Assembly (NCBI GenBank): GCA_023511535.1
Contig: JAIMBK010000002.1
Coordinates: forward strand, 1,900 to 65,899
Length of the DNA: 64,000 bases
Source: Armatimonadota bacterium
GTDB lineage: Bacteria > Bacillota > Desulfotomaculia > Desulfotomaculales > Nap2-2B
Reading direction: 5' to 3'
Part shown: positions 1-8,738 of the stretch, one piece after another
How positions within the stretch are numbered: position 1 is the stretch's first letter
Layout of the letters: each line of letters begins with the position of its first letter
Position numbers and translations under genes: made by a program
Notes under the pieces: generated by a model
Told to the model about the DNA's origin: nothing
Database searches by the model: none
The model's input: the letters and a program-made list of their open reading frames with translations, nothing else

Positions 1-393
1 CCGGTCCCCGCCGTCGCGTACGAACAGCACGCCGGCGGCCAGGGTCTGCGCCAGGTGCTGCGCAACCTGCTCCCTTACCCTGGCCGGCTCATCCCATTGT
101 TGCCTGGCTCTTTGAAAATCCACCCCGTCCAGAGCCAGGTGAACGTGGCAGTCAACCAGGCCGGGAAGTACGGTCAGCTTAGAGCAATCGAGAAATTTCC
201 ACCCGCGCCGCCCGCCCGCGCCGGCCGAAATTTGTTCCGGCTCCTCCCCGGCGGGAGCGGGCAGAATTTTCTCAATCACTCCCCCCTGCAAATGCAAAAG
301 CACGTTTTGTTTTAAACTCTTGTCCTTCCCGGTAAACAGGTTACCCGCCCGGATAACCCAGGAATCCCGGGGACGCAAGACAATGATTTTCAA
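1..393 (-). CDS. amidohydrolase-family metal-dependent hydrolase, N-terminal part (gene runs off window start)
   Basis: Own minus-strand translation: LKIIVLRPRDSWVIRAGNLFTGKDK...LTVLPGLVDCHVHLALDG. 'PGLVDxHVH' is the amidohydrolase metal-binding signature. The TTG start at 393 is a guess. Absent from the ORF track because it is open at the edge. Confidence 0.55.
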   Translation of the reverse strand, partial: MKIIVLRPRDSWVIRAGNLFTGKDKSLKQNVLLHLQGGVIEKILPAPAGEEPEQISAGAGGRRGWKFLDCSKLTVLPGLVDCHVHLALDGVDFQRARQQWDEPARVREQVAQHLAQTLAAGVLFVRDGGDR

Positions 394-428
394 TTTCGCC
401 CGGCAACCCCGTAAATTAAAAGATTAAT

Positions 429-461
429 TTTGTGCCTTTGTGCCTGGGAAAACTTTGTGCC
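429..461 (+). repeat. three copies of octamer TTTGTGCC (429-436, 437-444, 454-461)
   Basis: Read directly from sequence; intergenic. Same motif family at 649-670, 10055-10078, 12668-12700(-), 14085-14114 and 34983-35009(-). Confidence 0.8.
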
Positions 462-648
462 TGAGCTTTAATTGAATCTCCCTTTACCATCTTATCATAA
501 TTACCGTTTTGTGAAAAGGTGTTCCCCGCTTCGGTTTTTTCCGTGCTCCGGGAGCCTGCCGGCAAAAAAACCCCGGTTACGCAAGGGGGTTGCTCGTGAA
601 GACTTCTCCAGTCACGTCTGTTTCTTTGGGCTTCTGTCACATCTGTTA

Positions 649-670
649 CTCCGTGCCTTTGTGCTTTGTG
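649..670 (+). repeat. TTTGTGCC-family array (CCGTGCC TTTGTGC TTTGTGCC)
   Basis: Read directly from sequence; intergenic between the amidohydrolase and exonuclease genes. Confidence 0.8.
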
Positions 671-753
671 CCTCCCCATGTAAAAATAGCTTTTTTATCC
701 TCTGTTGTTGCCGCAAAAAAGCGGCAAGGATCTGATTTCCAATCCTTTTTTCT

Positions 754-1506
754 TCACCGGATAAAAACCGGCTCTTCCTGGGCGAGCTGGATGCTTCGCT
801 TTAAAAAATAATCCAACTCCTGGAAAGTATAAACTTTTCGTTCTTTTAAGCCAGCCAGTAAATTCACAAAAAGACGGGCGGTCAAAAGGGCATCCCCCAG
901 CGCCGTATGCCGGCCGACCGGTTCGATGCCGAAACAAGCCAGCAGGCTGTCCAGGGAATAGTCCCCCCACGCCGGATGCAGAGCCCAGGCTAAAAGGGAC
1001 GTATCCAGCGCCCGGTTTTTAATTTTTACCTGGCAGTGCTGTTTAAGCTTTGTATTGATAAAACCGAGATCAAAGTCGATGCAATGCCCGACGATCACGC
1101 TGTTTCCCAGGAACTCCAGAAATTGAGGCAGGACGCCGAAAAAAGTGGGGCAGCCGACCAGCATCTCCCGCCCGATCCCGGTCAGGTCGACCACTTTCCG
1201 GGGCACTAAACGATAGGGATAAATTAACTGATGAAAAAATTTTTCCCGCCTTACCTCCCCGCCCTCCACTATGACGGCACCGATGGCGATGATTTCGTCA
1301 CCGCTGCCGTAAGCAAAGCCGGTGGTCTCCAGGTCCATGACCACAAACCGCAATTCGTCCAAAGATGCGGACAGAGAGATTTTTCTGTCGTTTCTGGCGA
1401 TAATCTCCCTGATCTCTTGAACCCTATCGGCGTCCAGGCAGCCGTTTTCCGGCCGGGGAAACAAAAGGCTTTTCACCCGTTGCAGAAGCGCGGCCAGCAT
1501 CAACAT
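754..1506 (-). CDS. DnaQ/DEDDh-type 3'-5' exonuclease (DNA pol III epsilon-like)
   Basis: 'FVVMDLETTGF' Exo I motif, 'VGHCIDFDLGFI' Exo II and 'HTALGDALLTARLF' Exo III (H-x4-D). Sits 15 nt downstream of the DUF294-type gene, a commonly seen pairing. Confidence 0.75.
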   Translation of the reverse strand: MLMLAALLQRVKSLLFPRPENGCLDADRVQEIREIIARNDRKISLSASLDELRFVVMDLETTGFAYGSGDEIIAIGAVIVEGGEVRREKFFHQLIYPYRLVPRKVVDLTGIGREMLVGCPTFFGVLPQFLEFLGNSVIVGHCIDFDLGFINTKLKQHCQVKIKNRALDTSLLAWALHPAWGDYSLDSLLACFGIEPVGRHTALGDALLTARLFVNLLAGLKERKVYTFQELDYFLKRSIQLAQEEPVFIR

Positions 1507-1521
1507 CCCACCCCCGGCAAG

Positions 1522-3441
1522 CTATGAGGTAAGGTACCTGAGCCAGTAATCGGTAAAGTGATTGCTGGTGAGTTTTTGCAGGCGCAAGATGGCTGCAAAA
1601 GCGTCCTTGAGGAGCGATTGCTCGGTTTTGTTCAGCTGGTAAGGGTTGATATAATTGTCCGCTTCTTTACCCTGCCGGACCTTTTTTAAATTCTCCCGGA
1701 TGCGCAGCATCATCAGGGTTTCAAAAGCATTTTGCACAAATTCACCGTCTTCTTTAGAGATAATCTCCCTCTTGGTAATCCGGGCCAGCCTGCCCAGGGT
1801 AGACGGTTCTTCAATTTCGTTCCGGACGGCAAAAACGCGCACGCAATTAATGATGTGCCGGCAGGCGGTTTTCAGGTTTATTTCATTTTTATGCGGCCCC
1901 GTCTTTTCGGTTGCAAACCCGCCGAAAAAAGTAAGCGGAACCCGCGTCCGCACCTCTTCTTCGGTTAAAAAGTGCGACGCCTTCACCGGCTTTTGAAAAA
2001 CGTGAAAAATATGCTGCCACAATTCCTGGCCCAGATTTTTCGCTCCGTAGACCGGCCGGAAATCCAAAAGAATGGTCAGCAGGCGGATGTCTTCCGGCTC
2101 GGCGCGGACAACCCAGGAGGTAACTACTTCCTTCCATTGCGTCAAAGATCGGCACCATTGCGGGTTGGAAGCCATCACCCCGCCCTTGCACCAGGCAAAA
2201 CCGGCGCGCACCAATTCTTCGGCGATCCGGGCGCCCAGGGTTTGAAAATACCGGGCACCGGCCGGGTCGCCGGCGGCGTAAATGATGGCGTTGTCCTGGT
2301 CGGTGCGCAGGCTCTGTTCCTTGCGGCCGGCGCTGCCCATATTGACCCAGCAATACTCCCCGGGGGGCGGGCCGTACCCTTTCTTGATCATTTCCTGTTC
2401 GCACAATTCGATTACCCGGCAGGTCAGGCGGTCGTGCATTTCGGTGATGATCTCGAACAGCTCCGGCACCGATGCCCGTTCGGCCACCAGGTAGTTTAAG
2501 AAATTATCCACTTCCTGGCCTATTTTCGCCAGATCGTCCAGGTTTTTGGCCGTCTCGATTTTATCCGTGACCCAGAGGCTGCCGGTACTTCTGGTTTTAA
2601 TTAAATCCCTTAAAGTGAGAATCCCGGCCAGCTTATCCCCGTCCATCACCACCAGATGCTTGACCTGGTGCTTCACCACGGCTAAAAGCGCCTGGTTGTA
2701 AAAATCATCGATCTGCACTCTGACCAGCTTTTCGTCCATCACCAGGTCGGCGCTCAAATTTTCCGCCTGCCAGGAAGGACGGGTCACCACTTTATGGACC
2801 AGGTCTTTTTCCGTGATCAGGCCGACGGGATAACCGGCGTCGTCGACTACAATCACCGAGCTAATCCGGTAGTCAGCCATTAAACGGGCAACGGAAGTGA
2901 CGGGCGTCTGCAGGCGGCAGGTAACGGGGGAGGGAGTCATGATTTCGCTGACCCTTTTCCGCAAAAGCGGAGATTCCGTCGTGCTGTACGCCTCGTAGGA
3001 TTGCTGGGCCACCGTTTCCTCGTAAAGCAGGCGCAGCCGCTCGGAAAGCAGGGCGGTGAAAAAGCCGGCAAATTCGGGGTGGCTGGCGATCAGTTCCTCT
3101 ATTTTTTCCCGCGGGACGAGCAGGCAGGTTAAATCTTCCGCTGCGCGCACCGAACCGCCGTACGACTTATCGGTCAGGAGGGCCGTCTCCCCAAAAAAAT
3201 CGTGCTGCCGGCGGTAGCTCACAACCGTTTCCTGGCCCCGGTCGTCGGTTAAAGTGACCTCTCCCAGCCCGGAGGCAATTAAAAAAAGAACCTGCAGGCT
3301 TTTTTGCCCCTGCCGGAAGACATACGCCCCCCGCGGGTAAGTTTTTACCTCCACGTGTCCGGCCAGTTCCGCCACCGTCGCTTCGTCCAGGGAACTAAAC
3401 GGCACACTCGCCTTTAAAACCTCTTTAACATTGACTTCCAC
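1522..3441 (-). CDS. cyclic-nucleotide-binding + CBS-pair + DUF294-type putative nucleotidyltransferase signal protein
   Basis: N-terminal cNMP-binding-like segment (FRQGQ...FFGETALL), tandem CBS segments (VSEIMTPSPVTC..., GILTLRDLI), then a C-terminal nucleotidyltransferase-like region (GSAGRKEQSLRTDQDNAIIY). Confidence 0.8.
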   Translation of the reverse strand: MEVNVKEVLKASVPFSSLDEATVAELAGHVEVKTYPRGAYVFRQGQKSLQVLFLIASGLGEVTLTDDRGQETVVSYRRQHDFFGETALLTDKSYGGSVRAAEDLTCLLVPREKIEELIASHPEFAGFFTALLSERLRLLYEETVAQQSYEAYSTTESPLLRKRVSEIMTPSPVTCRLQTPVTSVARLMADYRISSVIVVDDAGYPVGLITEKDLVHKVVTRPSWQAENLSADLVMDEKLVRVQIDDFYNQALLAVVKHQVKHLVVMDGDKLAGILTLRDLIKTRSTGSLWVTDKIETAKNLDDLAKIGQEVDNFLNYLVAERASVPELFEIITEMHDRLTCRVIELCEQEMIKKGYGPPPGEYCWVNMGSAGRKEQSLRTDQDNAIIYAAGDPAGARYFQTLGARIAEELVRAGFAWCKGGVMASNPQWCRSLTQWKEVVTSWVVRAEPEDIRLLTILLDFRPVYGAKNLGQELWQHIFHVFQKPVKASHFLTEEEVRTRVPLTFFGGFATEKTGPHKNEINLKTACRHIINCVRVFAVRNEIEEPSTLGRLARITKREIISKEDGEFVQNAFETLMMLRIRENLKKVRQGKEADNYINPYQLNKTEQSLLKDAFAAILRLQKLTSNHFTDYWLRYLTS

Positions 3442-3627
3442 CGAACAAGCCTCCCCGCCGGCCAGGGATAAAAACGCTTTCTCGCAATTTTAACATAAAA
3501 TTATTTTCTTAACAATAACAAAGTCAGGTTAAAAGCAAAAAGCCGTCAGCACATAACCAGGGCAACGCGCCGGCAAAGGCGGCTGCCGGTGGTTTTTCGC
3601 TAACGGCTGCCGGCGCTTTTAAACCCG

Positions 3628-4512
3628 CTATAGGAGTTTCAACTCCGCCAGCACCTTTTTGATGCTTTCCTTTTCCGCGGGCGTTGCCTCTACCAGGGGC
3701 AAACGCGGCGGTCCCGCCTGAAATCCCAGCATGTTCAAGGCGGCTTTCACCGGTACGGGGTTGGTGGTGATAAAAAGACCCTTGAAAATAGGATAAAGCT
3801 GCAGGTGAATCTGGGTGGCCAGAGTTACGTTCCCGGCCATAAAGGCGTTGACCATTTCCTTGATCCGGGGCCCCACCACGTGCGAAGCCACGCTCACCAC
3901 GCCTTTGGCCCCCAGGGAAAGCATGGGCAAAGTCAGGGAATCGTCCCCGCTGTAGATGGCGAAATGATCCGGGAGCAGGCGGCGCAGTTCGCTGACCTGA
4001 TCCATGCTCCCCGCCGCCTCTTTGATGGCGACAATGTTCTCGATTTCCGCCAGCCGGGCGACCGTTGCCGGGAGCAGGTTCACCCCCGTCCGGCCGGGGA
4101 TATTATAAAGCAAAACGGGCAAATTGGTGCTTTTGGCGATAGTTTTAAAATGCTGGTACAGCCCCTCCTGGGAGGGTTTATTGTAATACGGCGCCACCAG
4201 CATCACACCGTCCACGCCGACCTTTTCGGCCGCCTGGGTCAGGGCCACGCTGCCCGCCGTATCGTAACTGCCCGTACCGGCCAGAACCGTCGCCTGCCCG
4301 CCGACTTCCTCCACAATGACGCGAAACAGCTCAATCTTTTCTTCTTTGGACAAAGTCGGTGATTCACCTGTGGTGCCGGCTACCACGAGGCCGTCGGAAC
4401 CCGCTTCGGCCAGATGCCGGGCAAGTTTTCTGGCCTGATCGTAATTTACCGCCATATCCTTATCAAAGGGCGTCACCATGGCAGTAAGCACGCGCCCAAA
4501 ATCAGTAGCCAA
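3628..4512 (-). CDS. dapA: 4-hydroxy-tetrahydrodipicolinate synthase
   Basis: Full-length DapA-like sequence (TAMVTPF..., [34 protein letters not shown]). Confidence 0.95.
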   Translation of the reverse strand: MATDFGRVLTAMVTPFDKDMAVNYDQARKLARHLAEAGSDGLVVAGTTGESPTLSKEEKIELFRVIVEEVGGQATVLAGTGSYDTAGSVALTQAAEKVGVDGVMLVAPYYNKPSQEGLYQHFKTIAKSTNLPVLLYNIPGRTGVNLLPATVARLAEIENIVAIKEAAGSMDQVSELRRLLPDHFAIYSGDDSLTLPMLSLGAKGVVSVASHVVGPRIKEMVNAFMAGNVTLATQIHLQLYPIFKGLFITTNPVPVKAALNMLGFQAGPPRLPLVEATPAEKESIKKVLAELKLL

Positions 4513-4544
4513 AGTTTTTCACCTTCCTTACTCTTTAACTTTTT

Positions 4545-5771
4545 TTAGCTTTCCATAAACTGGCGGTGCAATGCCCGGACGGCTTTTTCCATGTCTTCTC
4601 TCTTGACCAGTACCCAGATCGTCGTATAAGAGTCATTTGCCTGGAGGATCTGGATATTCTCCCGCGTCAACGCTTCCACAATCGCCGCCATCACCCCCGG
4701 CACCCCGGTCATGCCGGCGCCCACGGCGGCTACTTTCGCGCAGTCGGGCGTTACGCCGGCTTTAAAACCGGCATTTTCCAAAATCTGGGCCGCCTTTTGC
4801 CAGACGTCCTCTTTAACTGTAAAAACCACCTCGTCCGGGTAAACGTTGATAAAATCCAGGCTGATCCCGGACAGGGCCAGGCTTTTGAAAAGCCGCCTTT
4901 GCCGGGTTAAGCCCTCCGTTCCCGTTTCTTCGGTGGCTACTTTAAACTGGACCAGGTTGGGAATCTGGGTAATTCCGGTAATGGTGCGGTCCCTGGTAAT
5001 ATCGATGGTCCCCCGGTACACTTCCCCGGAACTGGTCACCAGCGTGCCGGGGGTATCGCTAAAAGTTGAGCGCACCCGCAGCGGAATATTTCTTTGCATC
5101 ACAATTTCCACGGCGCGGGGATGAACCACCTTGGCCCCTTCGTGCGCCAGCTGGCAAATCTCGTCGTAGGTAACCTTTTCCAGGGCCTGCGCCCCGTCGA
5201 CGATCCGGGGGTCGGCGGTCATGATCCCCTCCACATCGGTATAAATATCCACGTAAGCGGCGTTTAAAGCCACCCCCAGGGCGGCGGCCGTGGTATCGCT
5301 GCCGCCCCTGCCCAGGGTGGTAATCTCGCCGTCTTCGGTAACCCCTTGAAAACCCGCCACGATGACAATTTTGCCTTCCTTCGCCTGCTTTAAAATATTT
5401 TCCGGTTTTACTTTCAAAATCCGGGCTTCGTTATAGCTGCCGTCGGTGATGATCCCCGCCTGGGCGCCCGTTAAAAAGACGGCCGGATGCCCTGCTTTCT
5501 GCAAAACGGCCGCCATGACCACGCCGGAAATAATTTCGCCGCAGGACATGAGCAGATCCATCTCCCGGGCGGAAAGATCCCGGTGCGCCTGCCGGGCAAA
5601 GTTAATTAAAGTATCGGTGGCGTAAGGGTCCCCCGCCCGCCCGATGGCCGAAACGACAACGACCGGCGTATATCCTTCTTCTTTGGCGGCGATTATTTTC
5701 CCGGCCACCCGCTCCCGCAATTCCGGAGTGGCCACGGAAGTACCGCCGAACTTTTGCACGATAAACCGCAT
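4545..5771 (-). CDS. dapG: aspartate kinase (DapG/LysC type)
   Basis: 'MRFIVQKFGGTSV' kinase N-terminus and C-terminal ACT-like region. I place the start at Met22 of the ORF (5771), 7 nt after the asd stop. The ORF-track N-terminal extension overlaps asd. Confidence 0.9.
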   Translation of the reverse strand: MRFIVQKFGGTSVATPELRERVAGKIIAAKEEGYTPVVVVSAIGRAGDPYATDTLINFARQAHRDLSAREMDLLMSCGEIISGVVMAAVLQKAGHPAVFLTGAQAGIITDGSYNEARILKVKPENILKQAKEGKIVIVAGFQGVTEDGEITTLGRGGSDTTAAALGVALNAAYVDIYTDVEGIMTADPRIVDGAQALEKVTYDEICQLAHEGAKVVHPRAVEIVMQRNIPLRVRSTFSDTPGTLVTSSGEVYRGTIDITRDRTITGITQIPNLVQFKVATEETGTEGLTRQRRLFKSLALSGISLDFINVYPDEVVFTVKEDVWQKAAQILENAGFKAGVTPDCAKVAAVGAGMTGVPGVMAAIVEALTRENIQILQANDSYTTIWVLVKREDMEKAVRALHRQFMES

Positions 5772-5778
5772 CCTCGTT

Positions 5779-6804
5779 CTATCTCCCCCGTAAACAACCG
5801 TACTGAATAACCAACTCCGCAATCTGTACCGCATTGGTCGCCGCCCCTTTGCGCAACTGGTCGGCCACCACCCACAGATTCAGACCGTTGGCCAGCGAAT
5901 TGTCCTCTCTGATCCGGCCCACAAAAACTTCGTCCCGGTGCGAGCAAAATAAGGGCATGGGATATTTTTTATTTGCCGGATCGTCCAGAACAACCACGCC
6001 GGGAAAGCCGGCCAGGACTTCCCGGGCCCGCTGCGCGGTCAATTTCTCGCGGGTTTCCACGTTGACCGATTCCGAGTGGCTCCGGTAAACCGGTACGCGC
6101 ACGGTGGTCGCGGTCACCGCCAGGTCGGGATCATGCATGATTTTGCGCGTTTCTTTGACCATCTTCCACTCTTCTTTAGTATAATCCATTTCCTGAAAGA
6201 CATCAATGTGCGGAATTAAATTAAAAGCAATCTGGTGGGCAAAAACTTTCGGCGGGAACTCAAGGCCCGCTAATACCGCCTTCGTCTGCTCCGTCAGTTC
6301 CTCGATGGCCTCCAGGCCCGCTCCGGAAACGGCCTGGTAAGTGGAAACAACCACCCTTTTTACGCCGGCCGCGTCAGCGACGGCTTTTAAAGGCACCACC
6401 ATAATGATGGTGGAACAATTGGGGTTGGCGATAATCCCCCGGTGCTGTTTGACATCTTCCGGATTGACCTCCGGAACCACCAGCGGAACGTCCGGATCCA
6501 GGCGGAAGTTGCTGCTGTTGTCGATCACCACGCACCCTTTTTCCACCGCCGCCGGCCCGAACTCCTTGCTGGCCGCCCCGCCGGCAAACAGGGCGATGTC
6601 CATGCCGCCAAAAGACTCGGGGGTCGTTTCCTCCACCGTGTACTCCTGCCCGCGAAAAACCAGCCGTTTACCGGCCGAGCGGGAGGTGGCGCAAAGCCTC
6701 AGCTGCCCGACCGGAAACCGCCGCTCCTCCAATACTTTTAAAATTTCCTGACCTACTGCTCCGGCCGCCCCAACAACCACCACATTATATTCCGGCAATA
6801 ACAC
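5779..6804 (-). CDS. asd: aspartate-semialdehyde dehydrogenase
   Basis: 'VVVVGAAGAVGQ' Rossmann motif and 'NPNCSTI' active-site Cys motif. Start likely GTG 6804 or TTG 6798, just after AAGGAGA. The upstream ORF extension is low complexity. Confidence 0.9.
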   Translation of the reverse strand: MLLPEYNVVVVGAAGAVGQEILKVLEERRFPVGQLRLCATSRSAGKRLVFRGQEYTVEETTPESFGGMDIALFAGGAASKEFGPAAVEKGCVVIDNSSNFRLDPDVPLVVPEVNPEDVKQHRGIIANPNCSTIIMVVPLKAVADAAGVKRVVVSTYQAVSGAGLEAIEELTEQTKAVLAGLEFPPKVFAHQIAFNLIPHIDVFQEMDYTKEEWKMVKETRKIMHDPDLAVTATTVRVPVYRSHSESVNVETREKLTAQRAREVLAGFPGVVVLDDPANKKYPMPLFCSHRDEVFVGRIREDNSLANGLNLWVVADQLRKGAATNAVQIAELVIQYGCLRGR

Positions 6805-6992
6805 CCATCTCCTTTGAATTAAAGATTCACCGCCAAAGCAAAAAGTTAAGCAAAGAAACAAAAAAAGGGACAAAAAGAAAGGCTTACGCGTATATTTTAA
6901 CTGCAAGAACGGGCGGGCGCAAGACCTCGGAAAAACTTCTGATTATTCAACAACTTTCGCCCCGGACAGGCAGGGGAAACCCGGCGTACCGG

Positions 6993-7589
6993 TCAGGTAA
7001 CCTGCACCAGCAACGGCTGGTATTGTTTTCCGGCGAGCGCCAGGACAACCGTATCCACCAACAGATCCATCCTGGCCTTTAAAGAGTTTGGTTTTTCCTG
7101 CGGGTTATCCTGCCCGAAAGGAACCAGGTAAATATTTTTCGTGTTTAAAAGCAGCCCGATGTTCCTGGCGTTCATCCCCAGGCCGTCGTTGGTGGAAATG
7201 GCCAGCACGACCGGGCGCTGGTTGCGCAAATGAGCCTTCACCGCCATTAACACGGGGGTGTCTACAATTCCATTGGCCAGCTTCGCCAGGGTATTCCCCG
7301 TACAGGGAGCAACCACCATGACATCCAGCATTTTTTCCGGCCCGATGGGTTCAGCCCCGACAATCGAGTTGATCACCGGCCTCCCGGTGATTTCCTTGAG
7401 CATCTCCTTCCATTGCCGGGCCGGCCCAAACCTGGTATCCGTTTGATCGACCGAGTAGCTGACTACCGGATAAACAATTGCCCCCTCCTGAACCAGGTTC
7501 TGCAGATGGGGCACCACTTCGGCAATCGTGCAGTGCGAACCGGTAAGCGCGAACCCGACCCGAACATTGGCTAAACGCACGCCAGGCAC
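6993..7589 (-). CDS. dpaB: dipicolinate synthase subunit B (flavoprotein-like)
   Basis: 'GFALTGSHCT...VAPCTGNTLAKLANGI' SpoVFB-type sequence. Sits in the dpaA-dpaB-asd-dapG-dapA order seen in Bacillus. Confidence 0.85.
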   Translation of the reverse strand: MPGVRLANVRVGFALTGSHCTIAEVVPHLQNLVQEGAIVYPVVSYSVDQTDTRFGPARQWKEMLKEITGRPVINSIVGAEPIGPEKMLDVMVVAPCTGNTLAKLANGIVDTPVLMAVKAHLRNQRPVVLAISTNDGLGMNARNIGLLLNTKNIYLVPFGQDNPQEKPNSLKARMDLLVDTVVLALAGKQYQPLLVQVT

Positions 7590-7615
7590 CTCCTGAAAAT
7601 GAAGGCCGGTGCTGT

Positions 7616-8509
7616 TTAAGGCGGCGGGGACAACAGTTCCGCCAGCAGCCTGGGAATCACCCGGGAAAGGACCCGGCCGGCCGTCTGCGGAGCAACCTTT
7701 CCGGGCAGGCCGGGGGCCAGGAAAGCTCTGATGCCCAAACGCCGGGCCGCCTCAAAATCAACGCCCCCCGGGGCGGACGCCAGATCAATAATTAAAACCT
7801 GCGGGGAAGCCTTCTGCAGCAAGGGCTCGGGAAGGACGAGAGCGGGAACGGTGTTAAAAATCACGTCTGCTTTGCCGATTAAATCAGGCAGCTCCGGAAA
7901 ATCGTAAGCCCGGCAATTCAGCTGGCAGGCGCGGGCGCGTTGGGCGGGGTTGCGGGCGATTACCGTCGTCCGCGCCCCCATCGCGACCAGGAGATAAGCC
8001 AGCGTGGCCCCCGTCCGCCCAAAGCCCAGCACAAAACTTTCGCTGCCGTGAATGGTGATCGGCAGCTTTTCCATTGCCAGCTGAATGGCTCCCTCGGCGG
8101 AGGGGATGGAGTTCAAGATGGCTACCTCGTCTATAGCGAGCAGTTCCACAAGCTTAAACCCCCGCCGGGCGGCGATGTTTTTCAAAACAGCCCTGGCCAC
8201 CCCCACAAAGACGGGCGTACCGGCCGGCAGGCAGCCAAAATCAGCTTCCGTAACAACCGGCGGTTTTTCCAGAAAAGGACAGTACAGCTCACCCCTTTCA
8301 CTGATTCCGGGAGCAGGCAAAACCACCGCCTGCGCCCCTGCCAAAGCTTCCGCCGGACTCTGGCAAACTGTAACCTTTCCCCCTTCCGGCGCGGGCAGCC
8401 CGAAAACCCGCACCGAAAAACCAAGGCCGGCCAGATGCCCGGCCAGGTACACTTCTCTGGCGTCGCCGCCCAAAATGGCGATTTTAATCCCGGGTAATTT
8501 CGCAAACAT
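7616..8509 (-). CDS. dpaA: dipicolinate synthase subunit A
   Basis: 'IAILGGDAREVYLAGHL' N-terminus and 'VLGFGRTGATLA' NAD-binding motif, SpoVFA-like. Immediately upstream of dpaB. Confidence 0.85.
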   Translation of the reverse strand: MFAKLPGIKIAILGGDAREVYLAGHLAGLGFSVRVFGLPAPEGGKVTVCQSPAEALAGAQAVVLPAPGISERGELYCPFLEKPPVVTEADFGCLPAGTPVFVGVARAVLKNIAARRGFKLVELLAIDEVAILNSIPSAEGAIQLAMEKLPITIHGSESFVLGFGRTGATLAYLLVAMGARTTVIARNPAQRARACQLNCRAYDFPELPDLIGKADVIFNTVPALVLPEPLLQKASPQVLIIDLASAPGGVDFEAARRLGIRAFLAPGLPGKVAPQTAGRVLSRVIPRLLAELLSPPP

Positions 8510-8529
8510 GGCAGGCCACCGCCCCTTTT

Positions 8530-8603
8530 GGTCGTTGGCGGTGGGTGGTGGGTCGTTGGGAATTTTTCCCTAACCACCAACCACTAACCACCAACCACCA
8601 ACC
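8530..8603. repeat. GGT-rich / ACC-rich inverted heptamer-repeat hairpin element in the dpaA 5' leader
   Basis: Left arm 8530-8560 GGTCGTTGGCGGTGGGTGGTGGGTCGTTGGG, 10-nt spacer, right arm 8571-8603 (AACCACC/AACCACT)n. A 30-nt core at 8572-8601 is identical to 37920-37949. Confidence 0.85.
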
Positions 8604-8656
8604 GGCCTTCTTCGTTTTACTTTCAATATATGACCCGCCAAAAAGGGAGGTGCTTG

Positions 8657-8678
8657 TCCGGAGCAGTCGTCGGTCGTC
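8657..8678 (+). repeat. tandem heptamer GTCGTCG x3
   Basis: gtcgtcggtcgtcggtcgtcgg read directly; intergenic between dapB and dpaA. Confidence 0.75.
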
Positions 8679-8738
8679 GGTCGTCGGAAAATTGCCTGCG
8701 GATAAATCAAGCTACTAAAAGGGTAAATTCGTTTTTGG

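Noticed and set aside
8530-8603. Possibility that the heptamer arrays (here and at 37797-37949 and 63437-63475) are CRISPR arrays
   Set aside because: The units are 7-8 nt tandem repeats with no unique spacers of 25-40 nt, and no cas genes are in the window. They are not CRISPR.
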